Positions 17,943 through 28,073 of a stretch of DNA of 39,255 bases are shown piece by piece (positions within the stretch are counted from its first letter, which is position 1; each line of letters opens with the position of its first letter). The notes beneath the pieces were generated by a model. That model was given only the letters and a program-made list of their open reading frames with translations. It did not search any database and had not been told where the DNA came from. Where the stretch lies: contig JBDSIC010000049.1 of assembly GCA_039918195.1 (NCBI GenBank), forward strand, positions 1 through 39,255, in the 5' to 3' direction. The position numbers and the translations under genes are program-made. Source of the stretch: Mucilaginibacter sp. Lineage in GTDB: Bacteria > Bacteroidota > Bacteroidia > Sphingobacteriales > Sphingobacteriaceae.

Positions 17943-18890
17943 ATGACCAACACCAACCCCTCCACGCAAGCACGGGTAGCCGTAATGGACCTCGGCACAA
18001 ATACTTTTCATTTATTAATTGCCGAGGGCAGCACAGGCCACTACAATACTCTTGTTCATCAGCATATAGGGGTTAAACTGGGCGAAGGCGGCATTAACAA
18101 GGGCCTTATACTGCCCGAAGCCTACAAACGCGGCATTGACACCATGCAGGATTTTCAGCACCAGATAGCTGCCCAAAATGTATCTGCGGTGCGTGCGATG
18201 GCTACTTCTGCTTTACGTAGTGCGGCAAACGGGAAGGATTTTATCAATGAGGTGGAGCAGGCTACAGGTATAAAAATTGAAATTATTGACGGCGACAGCG
18301 AAGCGGAATTTATTTATAAAGGGATTAAGGCATCGGGCTGCCTATCGGCTGCTAACTCGCTTATATTAGATATTGGCGGCGGGAGCGTAGAATTTATTGT
18401 GGGGAATAATGAGGAGATACTTTACAAGCGAAGCTTTGAAATAGGCGCGGCAAGGCTAATGGATAAATTTCACCAGGTCGACCCGATCCCCAATAAGGCT
18501 GTAGACGATTTAAACAAGTACCTCGAAAGTCACCTTACAGAATTATTTGAAGCGATATCCGGGTTACAGATAGCGCAGCTTATTGGTTCCTCCGGTTCAT
18601 TTGAAACACTTGCCGAAGTAGTTGAACTGGATAAGGGCCGTCCCTTCGACATTGAAAAAACCACAAAATATAAATTTGATTATAACGACCTGGTAGCCGT
18701 AACCGACTGGCTGGTAACTTCGTCGCACACTGATCGCGCCGGGCACGAAGGCATTATACCTATCAGGGTTGATATGATTGTGGTAGCCTCGCTTATTACC
18801 CGTTTTGTGATGAATAAGTTAGGGGTAGAAACTGTAGTGATGTCAACCAGTTCGTTAAAAGAAGGGGTTTTGGCGGATATGTTAAGCTAG
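17943..18890 (+). CDS. ppx: Ppx/GppA exopolyphosphatase
   Basis: DLGTNT, ATSALRSA, DIGGGSVE, LKEG. Confidence 0.92.
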   Translation: MTNTNPSTQARVAVMDLGTNTFHLLIAEGSTGHYNTLVHQHIGVKLGEGGINKGLILPEAYKRGIDTMQDFQHQIAAQNVSAVRAMATSALRSAANGKDFINEVEQATGIKIEIIDGDSEAEFIYKGIKASGCLSAANSLILDIGGGSVEFIVGNNEEILYKRSFEIGAARLMDKFHQVDPIPNKAVDDLNKYLESHLTELFEAISGLQIAQLIGSSGSFETLAEVVELDKGRPFDIEKTTKYKFDYNDLVAVTDWLVTSSHTDRAGHEGIIPIRVDMIVVASLITRFVMNKLGVETVVMSTSSLKEGVLADMLS

Positions 18891-19451
18891 CCGCATCAAC
18901 TGCTGGTACAATTTCTCGGTAGGCAGGCCTACTACGTTGGTGTACGATCCGTTTATGCGTTCAATCCCGATAAGGCCGATGCGCTCCTGTATGCCATATG
19001 AGCCGGCCTTGTCCATGGGTTTGTAGCGGTCTACATAATCCTGTATCTCGGCATCCGGCAGCTTGCGAAAAAACACTTCGGATACATCATGAAATTTATT
19101 GTACTGGCCTTTGTGCAGCAGGCAAACGCCGGTTACTACTTTGTGCACCTTGCCCGACAGTAATTTTAGCATCTCTACCGCATGTTCGGGTGTTTCGGGT
19201 TTGCCCAGTATCAGGCCGTCAATAGCTACAATGGTATCGGCGGTAAGTACTATCTCGTCCCCTATTTCCTCGTCAAATGCTTCCGCTTTTTTGCTGGCTA
19301 CATAAATGGCTATTTCTTCGGGTGTTAAGCCATCGGGATAGCTTTCATCCACCTCCTTTAACACTATCCGGAAATCAATATCCATCAAACGCAGCAGCTC
19401 CTGCCTGCGGGGCGATTTCGATGCGAGAATTATTTGAGGAAGTGTTTTCAT
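18882..19451 (-). CDS. maf: Maf-family nucleoside triphosphate pyrophosphatase
   Basis: ILASKSPRRQELL, ADTIV, KAGSYGIQ, NVVGLP. Confidence 0.95.
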   Translation of the reverse strand: MKTLPQIILASKSPRRQELLRLMDIDFRIVLKEVDESYPDGLTPEEIAIYVASKKAEAFDEEIGDEIVLTADTIVAIDGLILGKPETPEHAVEMLKLLSGKVHKVVTGVCLLHKGQYNKFHDVSEVFFRKLPDAEIQDYVDRYKPMDKAGSYGIQERIGLIGIERINGSYTNVVGLPTEKLYQQLMRLA

Positions 19452-19459
19452 GTGCTCAA

Positions 19460-19532
19460 TTCATAGTTAATGGTTCATAGTTAATAGTAGCTCCATTTCG
19501 GCCATGAACTATGATCCATGAACCGCGAACTA
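19460..19532. repeat. Inverted pair of heptamer tandem arrays (TAGTTAA/TGGTTCA vs TGAACTA)
   Basis: Arms at 19460-19491 and 19501-19532 in the kdsC-maf gap. Confidence 0.8.
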
Positions 19533-19537
19533 AATGC

Positions 19538-20059
19538 CTACCAGTTATATGCTTCGGCGCTCATCCATTTGCCCTGCACTTTAAGCACTTTTTCTATCAC
19601 ATCACGTGCGCAGCCACAACCACCGTTTAATGGCGAGACATAGTCGCATACAGCTTTTATCTCTTCTGCAGCATCAGCCGGGCAAACCGGCAAACCGGCA
19701 ATTTGTATCGCCCCTAAATCGGGAATATCATCGCCCATGTATAACACATTGGTTGCTTTCAGGTGCTTTTCTTCCAGGTAGAGTTTAAATTTTTCTGCTT
19801 TATTGCGGGCACCAACCAGTACATCTGTTACGCCTAAACTGTTTAAACGGTAAATAGCACTTTTTGATCGGCTCCCTGATATGGCCACAACATTGTACCC
19901 GCACTTTACAGCCAGTTGCATGGCATAACCATCCTTAATATTAAAATTACGGCTTTGCTTGCCCGTTTCCGAAACAAATACCGAACCGTTCGTCAGCACG
20001 CCGTCCACATCAAAAACAAAGGTGGTTATATCGTTAAGCTTGTTTAAAAAGGATTCCAT
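19538..20059 (-). CDS. kdsC: KDO-8-phosphate phosphatase (HAD, KdsC family)
   Basis: FDVDGVLT, KDGYA, GDDIPD, GGCGCARD. Confidence 0.88.
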   Translation of the reverse strand: MESFLNKLNDITTFVFDVDGVLTNGSVFVSETGKQSRNFNIKDGYAMQLAVKCGYNVVAISGSRSKSAIYRLNSLGVTDVLVGARNKAEKFKLYLEEKHLKATNVLYMGDDIPDLGAIQIAGLPVCPADAAEEIKAVCDYVSPLNGGCGCARDVIEKVLKVQGKWMSAEAYNW

Positions 20060-20105
20060 TTTTTGTTTGGATTACACTGATTTTATTGTGAATACTACGA
20101 TGTGA

Positions 20106-20372
20106 TTATGGGAAAACCTTATAAATATCTTTTCGATGCGATATCCGGATAAATTCTACAATGTCATTCTCAATAAATAAACCAATTCTATAGTCGCCAC
20201 TGCGAATACGATAGGCAATTTTGTAGCCTTTGAGTTTTTTCAGGTTATTTATTTCGGTAATGTTTACGGTTAATTCGATATGCTCGATAATAGCAATGAC
20301 GTCTTGCTTTACAGACTTCTGCTTTAATTTATCAATATCCTTTAAAAAACGAGCGTTAAACTCCGTTTTCAT
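20106..20372 (-). CDS. RelE/ParE-family toxin
   Basis: 88 aa basic protein; FLKDIDKL, KKLKG..AYRIRSGDYRI, HRKDIY. Confidence 0.88.
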   Translation of the reverse strand: MKTEFNARFLKDIDKLKQKSVKQDVIAIIEHIELTVNITEINNLKKLKGYKIAYRIRSGDYRIGLFIENDIVEFIRISHRKDIYKVFP

Positions 20373-20566
20373 GCTTTAAGCTTACTCATCACGTCTTCAC
20401 GGGATACTTTTTCGTCACGGTCAACCTCTTTCATCATCATCACTAAACCCATATCTTCTTTCTCTTCTTCCGATAAAATTTTTGAAGTGATGTTCATTTT
20501 TTCGAGCAAGTCGGAAATAAGTTTAGCCTCTATCTTTGTTTTAGGTGTAATTAAAATACTTTCCAT
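20369..20566 (-). CDS. Putative antitoxin
   Basis: 65 aa with an acidic patch (SEEEKED); ATGA overlap with the toxin; own -7 box TAAATTTG at 20578-20571. Confidence 0.75.
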   Translation of the reverse strand: MESILITPKTKIEAKLISDLLEKMNITSKILSEEEKEDMGLVMMMKEVDRDEKVSREDVMSKLKA

Positions 20567-20645
20567 AATACAAATTTAATTAACATTTCTTACAAACTCA
20601 TCAGTCAATTACAGCAACCTGCGAATCAAAAACTGCAAACTGAAA

Positions 20646-20888
20646 CTATTGATTATCGCGCCATTCGTAAACCCAAGCCGACTGTATCTGCTCCAAATGC
20701 CCTTCGGTCGACTGCTCGCGCGTACCTTTAAAATCAGGCAGCGACAAAACCCACTCCAGCAGGTCGGTAAAGCGGATACGGTATATTTTACCTTCGTTAA
20801 AATCGTCGCCAAACTTTTCGTAAAGCCCCATGGCAATATCTTCGTGGTCGTTCCAGTATATAGGTAAGGCAAATTTATCGTCTGTCAT
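20646..20888 (-). CDS. iscX: Fe-S cluster assembly protein IscX
   Basis: W.D..DIA..L, IRFTDL.EWV..L.DF, LEQIQSAW. Confidence 0.9.
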   Translation of the reverse strand: MTDDKFALPIYWNDHEDIAMGLYEKFGDDFNEGKIYRIRFTDLLEWVLSLPDFKGTREQSTEGHLEQIQSAWVYEWRDNQ

Positions 20889-20909
20889 GGTTTGATCTGG
20901 TATGATGGT

Positions 20910-21242
20910 TTAATGTCCTAAAAACTGTGACTGGTTAGGCAGCGTAACTTCGATATCGCCATCGATTATTACACATTGGCAACCCAGGCGCGAACTGATG
21001 CGCGGGTTAACCGCCCTGTCAATAAAGTCCTCTTCCTTATCGGATATTTCCTGGATGTTATCCTCGCCCTTATTAACGTAGATGTGGCAGGTACTGCAAC
21101 CGCACACACCGCCGCAATTGTGCTGCAATTCGATACCATTTTCCAGGCAAACATCCAATACAGACTCACCTTCGGCTATCGGCAATTCAACTGTTTCGTG
21201 CCCTTTTTCTTCAAAGTTGATTGTTACCTTAAAAATATTCAT
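20910..21242 (-). CDS. fdx: ISC-type [2Fe-2S] ferredoxin
   Basis: CGGVCGCSTCH and SRLGCQ. Confidence 0.92.
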   Translation of the reverse strand: MNIFKVTINFEEKGHETVELPIAEGESVLDVCLENGIELQHNCGGVCGCSTCHIYVNKGEDNIQEISDKEEDFIDRAVNPRISSRLGCQCVIIDGDIEVTLPNQSQFLGH

Positions 21243-21270
21243 TTCGGCAAAAGTAACAAAATTAGCAGGT

Positions 21271-22044
21271 TTAACTACCCGTTTTGTCCATTTTGATAAT
21301 GCCCTGACTTAGCAGCGCATATAGTTGCTGTAATTCGGGCTGATGCTGAAGCAATTGAAGGTGTGCTTCCATCGTTTTTTCATCATTACGCACGGCAGGA
21401 CCTGTTTGCACGTCTGCCGGGGAATTTTCCTGTACTTTTTGGGCCGTTTCGTCTATCAGCGGTCGTATTATATCAAAAGAAATATCCTGCGCTGCCAAAA
21501 GCTGCTGCGCAACATTATACAGGTAATTAGGGAAATTACAGGCAAAAACCGCGGCCAAATGCAGTATTTTTCGCTGCGCGGAATTGATGGGATATACTTT
21601 ATTGCTGATGGTTTGCGCCAGTTCTGTTAAGGTAGCCGTTATAATTTCATCAGCACCCTCTATACATAAAGGCACATCCAAAAAGTCGAGTTCCCGGGTT
21701 TTGCTAAAGGTTTGCAAGGGGTAAAATACGCCTGCTTTGGCTGTAAACTTTGTGATTTCATCCAAGTTGGTAGCTCCCGATGTATGCACCATTATTTTTT
21801 GGTGCGATGCCAATTTTTCGGCGATGCCCCTTATCGCGTCATCTTTTACGGCTATAATAAAAATATCTGTGTCAGGATCTATCTTTTCTATATTATCTAC
21901 GGCGTCCGCTTTAATATGGTAAGCCAGCAACGCCGCATTTTGCAAAGTGGGGCTGTATACCTGCACAATCTTATGGCCTGCGTTTTTAAATGCTGCCCCT
22001 AAATGTGTAGCTACGTTGCCCGATCCTATCAGTGTGATGCGCAT
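21271..22044 (-). CDS. Rossmann-like / DUF2520 oxidoreductase-like protein
   Basis: GSGNVA, IAVKDDAI, HTSG, HLAAVFACNF, QTGPAVRND. Confidence 0.88.
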   Translation of the reverse strand: MRITLIGSGNVATHLGAAFKNAGHKIVQVYSPTLQNAALLAYHIKADAVDNIEKIDPDTDIFIIAVKDDAIRGIAEKLASHQKIMVHTSGATNLDEITKFTAKAGVFYPLQTFSKTRELDFLDVPLCIEGADEIITATLTELAQTISNKVYPINSAQRKILHLAAVFACNFPNYLYNVAQQLLAAQDISFDIIRPLIDETAQKVQENSPADVQTGPAVRNDEKTMEAHLQLLQHQPELQQLYALLSQGIIKMDKTGS

Positions 22045-22081
22045 GCGTTAAAGGTAATGAATTGGTAGTGTTGATGGGTAC

Positions 22082-22546
22082 TCAATATAATCTTAGAAAT
22101 CGCTTTAACACTTTTCTTTCCATACTGGTACTGGGCCATATTTCAATTTTAGTTCGATCATTACTTTCCTCTTCATCACTATCGTAACCAGCCATGTTTG
22201 AAAAATATATGCGTACACGATATGTACCGGGAATTAAATTAATAGTTAATTCAATCGATGAGTTGGGGCAGTCAAGAAACTGTAATATCCCGGAATTCAC
22301 TTTTATACCGCCTTCTACAATATGGTCATACAGACTATAATCAATGGAAGTATTTTCACTCTCCAATATATCAAGTTCACCTTGAATGTGACCGTAGCTT
22401 TCTGTAAAAACAACGAGTGTATTAATATAAATAACTAATCTGTCATTGTAGGCTTCATCATCCCAATCAGCAGACATAAATTGTGAGCCATCGCTGCTAA
22501 TGTAGAATTGATTATAAAACGTCGTAAAATCAAGGTCGTAATGCAT
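22082..22546 (-). CDS. Hypothetical acidic protein, AT-rich (possible immunity-like protein)
   Basis: 154-aa ORF in line with its neighbours; YNQFY, PGTYRVR, IEIWP; no confident family. Confidence 0.6.
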   Translation of the reverse strand: MHYDLDFTTFYNQFYISSDGSQFMSADWDDEAYNDRLVIYINTLVVFTESYGHIQGELDILESENTSIDYSLYDHIVEGGIKVNSGILQFLDCPNSSIELTINLIPGTYRVRIYFSNMAGYDSDEEESNDRTKIEIWPSTSMERKVLKRFLRLY

Positions 22547-22569
22547 GTCGACTAAAATTATAAATCAAT

Positions 22570-23295
22570 TTAAGCTTTTAAATTGATTTTCTCTGCCCAA
22601 CCAATCCCTTCCGGCAACTTAACCCTGCTAAACTCCACATGTATCACCCGCCTGTTTTGCTCGTTAACCGTACGGCTTGAAGCATGCAGCAACAATGGTT
22701 TCATAATCATAATGCCGCCGGCATCTACATTGCAGGTTACTTCACGCTCAACAGTCCAGTTAATCGTTTCCGCACGATAAATTCCTTTTTTGTGCGAGGT
22801 GGGAATAACTTTTAAAGCGCCATTATCTTCGCTGGTGTCGTCAAGGTGAACACGAATGGTGTAATTATCTTCCAGTGTTTTAACAGGTGGCTGCACACCG
22901 AACTGGCCTTGCTTAACCGTCCATGGGCCATAACCCGGTAAATCTATTTTGTTAGTTACAGATATGGTGAGGTCCTGATGATAGGCCACAAACCAATTTG
23001 AGTTTGCCGGCTTGTCAAAGTAAATAGATTTTACAATGAAATATTCTTTGCCCAACAGACTGCCAACAATTGACCGCAACTTATCCGTAAAAACAAGCGG
23101 AAATAGTTGAGGTAACTCTTTAAAAAACTGCCGGATAGCAAAAAGGTCGGCTGTTTTACGAAAATTAAGATTATTTGCCTGTACTTCAGATATGCTGGAA
23201 ACAATAGCTTGTATTTCTTCGGCAGAGTAAACACCATCAATAATGGTAAAACCATCATCATTGAGCTTTTCCCTGTGTAAGCCTGTCGTGTGCAC
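22570..23295 (-). CDS. Phytanoyl-CoA dioxygenase (PhyH) family 2OG/Fe(II) oxygenase
   Basis: HQD, RVHLDD..NGALKVIP.SH, LLHAS, RRVIH. Confidence 0.88.
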   Translation of the reverse strand: MHTTGLHREKLNDDGFTIIDGVYSAEEIQAIVSSISEVQANNLNFRKTADLFAIRQFFKELPQLFPLVFTDKLRSIVGSLLGKEYFIVKSIYFDKPANSNWFVAYHQDLTISVTNKIDLPGYGPWTVKQGQFGVQPPVKTLEDNYTIRVHLDDTSEDNGALKVIPTSHKKGIYRAETINWTVEREVTCNVDAGGIMIMKPLLLHASSRTVNEQNRRVIHVEFSRVKLPEGIGWAEKINLKA

Positions 23296-25754
23296 TACTT
23301 AACCTTCAACTCCTTATTCCTTCTGAATATCGACATCAGGAAGCCTATCACCATAATAATGGTACCCGCCCAAAGGAAGTTGATGTACGGGAAGCTTATA
23401 GCCTTCAGTACAATGAATTTCTTTTTGCTTTCGGGCTGCTGGAATACATTGATCTCTATTTTGCCTTTATCCGGCAGTATTTTCGAGAACTGGAGTTTTA
23501 GGCCCGCGTCCTCTACCTTTTTGGCAAAATCAAACACGTTACGTCCCTTAATAAGGTAAACAGGCTCGGCGTTATAGGTTTTGCCGTGGGTATTTATTTC
23601 CAGTTGCGCGCCTACTGCCACATCCCCTTCTTTCAGGGTGATGCTTTGTATTTTGGCCTGTTTATTCAATCCTTTAAATACTATAAATCCTTCGCGGTAT
23701 GTGATAGTATCACCTATGGCAATTTCGTGCGCAACAGGCGGGTCGTAATCCTTGTTCTCACCAGCTTCGTCATGGCCTTCCGTACCGGGTTCCGGTTCGG
23801 CGTTTAATACGTTGGTCATGGTGATGTGCGTATACAGATCGTGCAGCAGGTAATGCTTGGTATCAGGCTCGGATGATATGCCGCCGCCATTATTGTTGCT
23901 GATCACCTTCGGCCTCAAAATAAACTCTTCCGATACCTTGCCGGTTTTGTCTATGCTTTTGTAGTGCAAATTAAAGTAATGGCTTAAACCCTCTGTAGTA
24001 TCGCCGGTAAACGTTACCATGTAATCTCCCATTTTTACAGGCTCGTTTTTGTATAGCAGGATATTCTCTTTCGGGTCCTCCTCTTTTGCAAATTCGGCGC
24101 TGTACTGCTCGCCGGTAGTGTTTTCTGATACTACTTTTTTGGTACCCGCGGATATCAATGCGCCGGCCAATAAAAAGCCGAAGCCAATATGCGCTACTGC
24201 CGAGCCGGCCAGTTTGAACTTCCCTTTAAATGAATCGGCCAGTATCTTACCGTTGGCGACTATCGAGTATACCGAGAACAGCAGCACCAGAATATACACC
24301 GGCTGTAACTTATTTACCCCCGTTACAAACGCCACAAGCGCGGTAACCAAACCTGCGAACACCAGATAAACCAATGTTGTGATGAAGAATTTGGTTATAT
24401 CTGTCTTTTTATATTTTAAAAACTGGGTAAAGCCGCTTAGTAAGGTGATCACAATAGCAAAACACGACTGGATGATGTTATACGATTTTACCGGATCGGC
24501 AGGCGGTGCTAACTTGGTGCCAAATATGGCGTTCCACACCGGTACCGAGGTAAAGGCGATCAGCTGAAAACATGAGAGCGCTAAAAATATCGAACCCACA
24601 AACATCCAAAACTCGCGCGAATAGGTTTCTTCATCTTTCTTGCTGATAGGCATTTCGCTCCAGCGGGAGATAAGTAAGTAAACGGATATAATGATGAATA
24701 CCAATATACCGATAACCAGGTGCCAAAACATCCCCAGGTCGGTGAAAGCATGGACTGACGACTCGCCCAGTATGCCGCTACGTGCTAAAAAAGATGAGTA
24801 CCATACCAGCACAAAGCTGGTGAGCACCAAAAAGGTAGCGGTAAAATAAGCATGGCCGCTGTTTTTAAACACAATTAGCACGTGCAGACCGGCTACCAGC
24901 ATCAGCCAGGGGAATACAGAAGCATTCTCCACCGGGTCCCAGGCCCAAAAACCACCGAAGTTCAGTGATTCGTAAGCCCAAAAAGCCCCCATGATGACAC
25001 CTGTTCCCAATATCATACAAGCGAACAAGGCATAAGGGATGGCCTGTTGTACCCACTCCTTATAACGTCTTTGCCATAAACCAGCCACCGCGTAAGCAAA
25101 CGGCACCACCATCGATGCAAAGCCTAAGAACAGTGTCGGCGGGTGTATCACCATCCAGTAATTTTGAAGCGAGGGGTTCATACCCTTGCCGTCTTTAATG
25201 AACGACAGGTAATCCGGATTGGAAAATATCGGGGCCTCCAACGCATTGCGCAACAACAGGAATGGCGAGCTGCCAATGTGTATGTTGCCAATATTGATAC
25301 CCAGTACCATAGTGGCCAATATTACCTGCGAAAGCGCTACGGTGGTCATCACCGGCCTTTCCCACGAACGGGACCTCCTTATCAGTACGTTACCTAAAAC
25401 AGCCTGCCAGAACGTCCACAACAGGAAGCCACCCTCCTGCCCGTTCCAAAAACCTGAAATGATATAATATACCGGTAATGAACGCGAGGTGTAAGACCAG
25501 GCGTAATGATACTCGAAATAGTGATTGTAAATAATATGGAACAGGCAGGCACCTATTCCCAAAACAGACAGTGAGTTTACCCAAAAACCTATACGGCCAA
25601 GGCGCAGCCATGAATTATCACTTTTGAGAATATCTTCTTTAGCAGCAAAATAGTAACTGATAAATGATAAAAGAGAAGCCCCCAATGCAAGGACAACAAA
25701 AAACTGGCCTAACTTTCCCGGTAGCAGGTGTTCGCCTTGATAAGCTATATCCAT
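23295..25754 (-). CDS. ccmF: Cytochrome c maturation heme lyase CcmF
   Basis: WNGQEG, IHPP, WAYESLNFGGFWAWDPVEN, SVHAF, AHIG; many TM segments. Confidence 0.92.
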   Translation of the reverse strand: MDIAYQGEHLLPGKLGQFFVVLALGASLLSFISYYFAAKEDILKSDNSWLRLGRIGFWVNSLSVLGIGACLFHIIYNHYFEYHYAWSYTSRSLPVYYIISGFWNGQEGGFLLWTFWQAVLGNVLIRRSRSWERPVMTTVALSQVILATMVLGINIGNIHIGSSPFLLLRNALEAPIFSNPDYLSFIKDGKGMNPSLQNYWMVIHPPTLFLGFASMVVPFAYAVAGLWQRRYKEWVQQAIPYALFACMILGTGVIMGAFWAYESLNFGGFWAWDPVENASVFPWLMLVAGLHVLIVFKNSGHAYFTATFLVLTSFVLVWYSSFLARSGILGESSVHAFTDLGMFWHLVIGILVFIIISVYLLISRWSEMPISKKDEETYSREFWMFVGSIFLALSCFQLIAFTSVPVWNAIFGTKLAPPADPVKSYNIIQSCFAIVITLLSGFTQFLKYKKTDITKFFITTLVYLVFAGLVTALVAFVTGVNKLQPVYILVLLFSVYSIVANGKILADSFKGKFKLAGSAVAHIGFGFLLAGALISAGTKKVVSENTTGEQYSAEFAKEEDPKENILLYKNEPVKMGDYMVTFTGDTTEGLSHYFNLHYKSIDKTGKVSEEFILRPKVISNNNGGGISSEPDTKHYLLHDLYTHITMTNVLNAEPEPGTEGHDEAGENKDYDPPVAHEIAIGDTITYREGFIVFKGLNKQAKIQSITLKEGDVAVGAQLEINTHGKTYNAEPVYLIKGRNVFDFAKKVEDAGLKLQFSKILPDKGKIEINVFQQPESKKKFIVLKAISFPYINFLWAGTIIMVIGFLMSIFRRNKELKVK

Positions 25755-25767
25755 TAAAGAATTCTAA

Positions 25768-26181
25768 TTATAAACTGGCGCTTTTTTTGGCGCTAACCTC
25801 TGTAACATTCAATTTGTCTTCGGTGTATTTTGAAGGGCATTTCATTAATATTTTGGAGGCATGAAACTCGTTACCGCGCATTTGCCCGGTAAGCACTATT
25901 TGTTCCGAACGTTCAAAATCCTGTGGTTTGGTGCCGGCAAACACTACCTTACACTCCTGCCCTTTGTTATCTTTCATGTAAAACGAAAAATAGTTAGCAT
26001 CCTTAGTAGCATCGTAAAACAGTTCTTTTGTCTTGTTCAGATGACCTACTACATGTAACTCACTATCACTTTTTTTAGCGTCGTTAAACGTACCGTAAGT
26101 GCTTGCGCTTGAATAAGTACTAATGATCACCGCGATAGCGATGGCTATAATAACTATTCCGAAGATCGAACTTTTTTTCAT
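25768..26181 (-). CDS. ccmE: Heme chaperone CcmE (CxxxY variant)
   Basis: N-terminal TM, KPQDF, ILMKCPSKY. Confidence 0.88.
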   Translation of the reverse strand: MKKSSIFGIVIIAIAIAVIISTYSSASTYGTFNDAKKSDSELHVVGHLNKTKELFYDATKDANYFSFYMKDNKGQECKVVFAGTKPQDFERSEQIVLTGQMRGNEFHASKILMKCPSKYTEDKLNVTEVSAKKSASL

Positions 26182-26290
26182 GCTGAGGTTTACTCCTTGT
26201 AATTACAGGTTACAAAAATACAAAACGTGTAACTAATATCCTTTATTATTAGGCGTATGTGCTATTTAGAATCATTATTGTTACTTGAGG

Positions 26291-26323
26291 AAGAGCCAGG
26301 AGTTGAGAATCAAGAATTAAGAC
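26291..26323. repeat. Lone arm of the AATCAAG heptamer array
   Basis: AGCCAGG AGTTGAG AATCAAG AATTAAG; same unit as 7119-7149. Confidence 0.6.
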
Positions 26324-26358
26324 TTTAAAAATCGTTTGCCCGGTCTAATCATAAAAAA

Positions 26359-26455
26359 GCGTCCTTGCGGGGAACGAAGCAATCTCTGAACTATACATTC
26401 CGCCTTGTTTACGGCTCAGCTTATGCAGAGATTGCTTCGTTCCTCGCAATGACGC
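26359..26455. repeat. CGTC-type inverted repeat doublet, probably also the gdhA terminator
   Basis: 30-bp arms at 26359-26388 and 26426-26455, 28/30 complementary; A6 at 26353-26358 gives U6 after the stem on the minus strand. Confidence 0.85.
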
Positions 26456-26482
26456 GCGGTGGTTTAAATTGAAATCAATAGA

Positions 26483-27919
26483 TCACGGCCAAACGCCTAA
26501 TGTTTTGTACGAGCCTGCTATTTTATTGATAGCGCCAACAAACGCGGCAGTGCGCAGCGTATCTATTTTATCGGTGTTCTTGTAAGTTTCGCGTATTTCG
26601 TGGTACGAACGTATCATGGTATCCTCCAAACCGGAATTAACCAACTCCAGTTCTGAAGCACCTTTGACTAAGCTCGACCGCTGGTCGGTTGTTAAGGATA
26701 TACCTGTAATATTTTCAATCATATTAACCATATTCAGGTTGGTCTTTTCTTCAAACCTGCGGTTGATGCGGCCAAATGCTACGTGCGACAGGTTTTTAAG
26801 CCACTCGAAGTACGAAACGGTTACACCGCCGGCATTGGCATACATATCGGGGATAATGATACCGCCTTTGGCATAAAATATATCTTCTGCTTCGGGTGTA
26901 GTTGGGCCGTTGGCACCTTCGGCTATAACTTTAGCCTGTATCCTGCCGGCATTGTCGCCTGTTATTTGGTTTTCGAGCGCTGCAGGCACTAAAATATCAC
27001 AGGGTTGTTCAAGGCCCTCGCCTGAGTTGGTAAATTCCTTAGCCCCCGGGTAACCTAATATGGAGCCGGTATTTTTGCGGTGTTGGAACACAGCCTCCAC
27101 ATCCAGTCCATCGGCATTGTATATCGCGCCTTCAAATTCGCATAAGCCAACAATGGTCCCACCAAATTCTGTTAAAAATTTAGCTGTATAATAACCTACG
27201 TTACCCAGGCCCTGTACAATTATCCTTTTACCTGATAAGCCTGCACCAAGGCCAAGTTTTTGCATATCCTCAGCTACATCCACACACTCGCGTACAGCAA
27301 TGGCAACGCCTCTTCCTGTTGCTTCACGGCGCCCCTGTATACCTTGCAACGCTATCGGTTTCCCGGTTACGCAGCCCATGGCATCCAGCTGGCCGGGGTT
27401 CATGGTGGCGTAGGTATCGGCTATCCAGCTCATTTCACGCTCGCCCGAGCCATAGTCGGGTGCCGGTACGTCAATGCTGGGGCCAATAAAATTCTTTTTA
27501 ACCAGCTCTACCGTGTAGCGGCGGGTAATATTTTCCAGTTCCTGTTCAGTATAGTTTTTAGGATTTATTTTAATGCCCCCTTTTGCCCCGCCGAAAGGTA
27601 CATTTACAATGGCACATTTGTAGGTCATCAACGCGGCAAGGGCCATCACTTCGTCTTCGTTCACCATTTCGCTGTAGCGGATACCGCCTTTGGTGGGGCT
27701 TTGGTGCTGCGAGTGTTCTACCCGCCAGGCATCAATTACCTCGAAGCCGTCGGCTTTACGTATAGGGAAACGAAAACGGTAAACACTGTTACATGATTTG
27801 ATCTGATCAAGCAGGCCGGCATTGTGTTTGGTAAATTGCGCGGCATAGTCAAAGTTCTTGCAAACGTCTCCAAAAAAATGGGTATTGTCGCCGCCAACTA
27901 AGTTGTTATTATTAGCCAT
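26483..27919 (-). CDS. gdhA: Glu/Leu/Phe/Val-family glutamate dehydrogenase
   Basis: [52 protein letters not shown]. Confidence 0.93.
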   Translation of the reverse strand: MANNNNLVGGDNTHFFGDVCKNFDYAAQFTKHNAGLLDQIKSCNSVYRFRFPIRKADGFEVIDAWRVEHSQHQSPTKGGIRYSEMVNEDEVMALAALMTYKCAIVNVPFGGAKGGIKINPKNYTEQELENITRRYTVELVKKNFIGPSIDVPAPDYGSGEREMSWIADTYATMNPGQLDAMGCVTGKPIALQGIQGRREATGRGVAIAVRECVDVAEDMQKLGLGAGLSGKRIIVQGLGNVGYYTAKFLTEFGGTIVGLCEFEGAIYNADGLDVEAVFQHRKNTGSILGYPGAKEFTNSGEGLEQPCDILVPAALENQITGDNAGRIQAKVIAEGANGPTTPEAEDIFYAKGGIIIPDMYANAGGVTVSYFEWLKNLSHVAFGRINRRFEEKTNLNMVNMIENITGISLTTDQRSSLVKGASELELVNSGLEDTMIRSYHEIRETYKNTDKIDTLRTAAFVGAINKIAGSYKTLGVWP

Positions 27920-28073
27920 AGGATTTTTTATGAGGTGTATTATCAGTTAATATTGCGCAAAATGGCATAAATTTTACCACAACTGCAAATAGCAAAAACA
28001 CATAGTGTTTAGCTTACACTACACAACAACACAATCAAATCAATGTTTAAACAACTTAGGTTTATTTTTTGAA

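Noticed and set aside
1963-20059. Genome-wide TAG reassignment (alternative genetic code)
   Set aside because: hisG, hisB, hisIE, ftsE, ppx and kdsC end at TAG at their expected lengths.
20042-20566. Similar starts MESIL (antitoxin) and MESFL (kdsC) as a target-site duplication
   Set aside because: Nucleotide match is limited to ATGGAA plus a T-run, which is likely chance.
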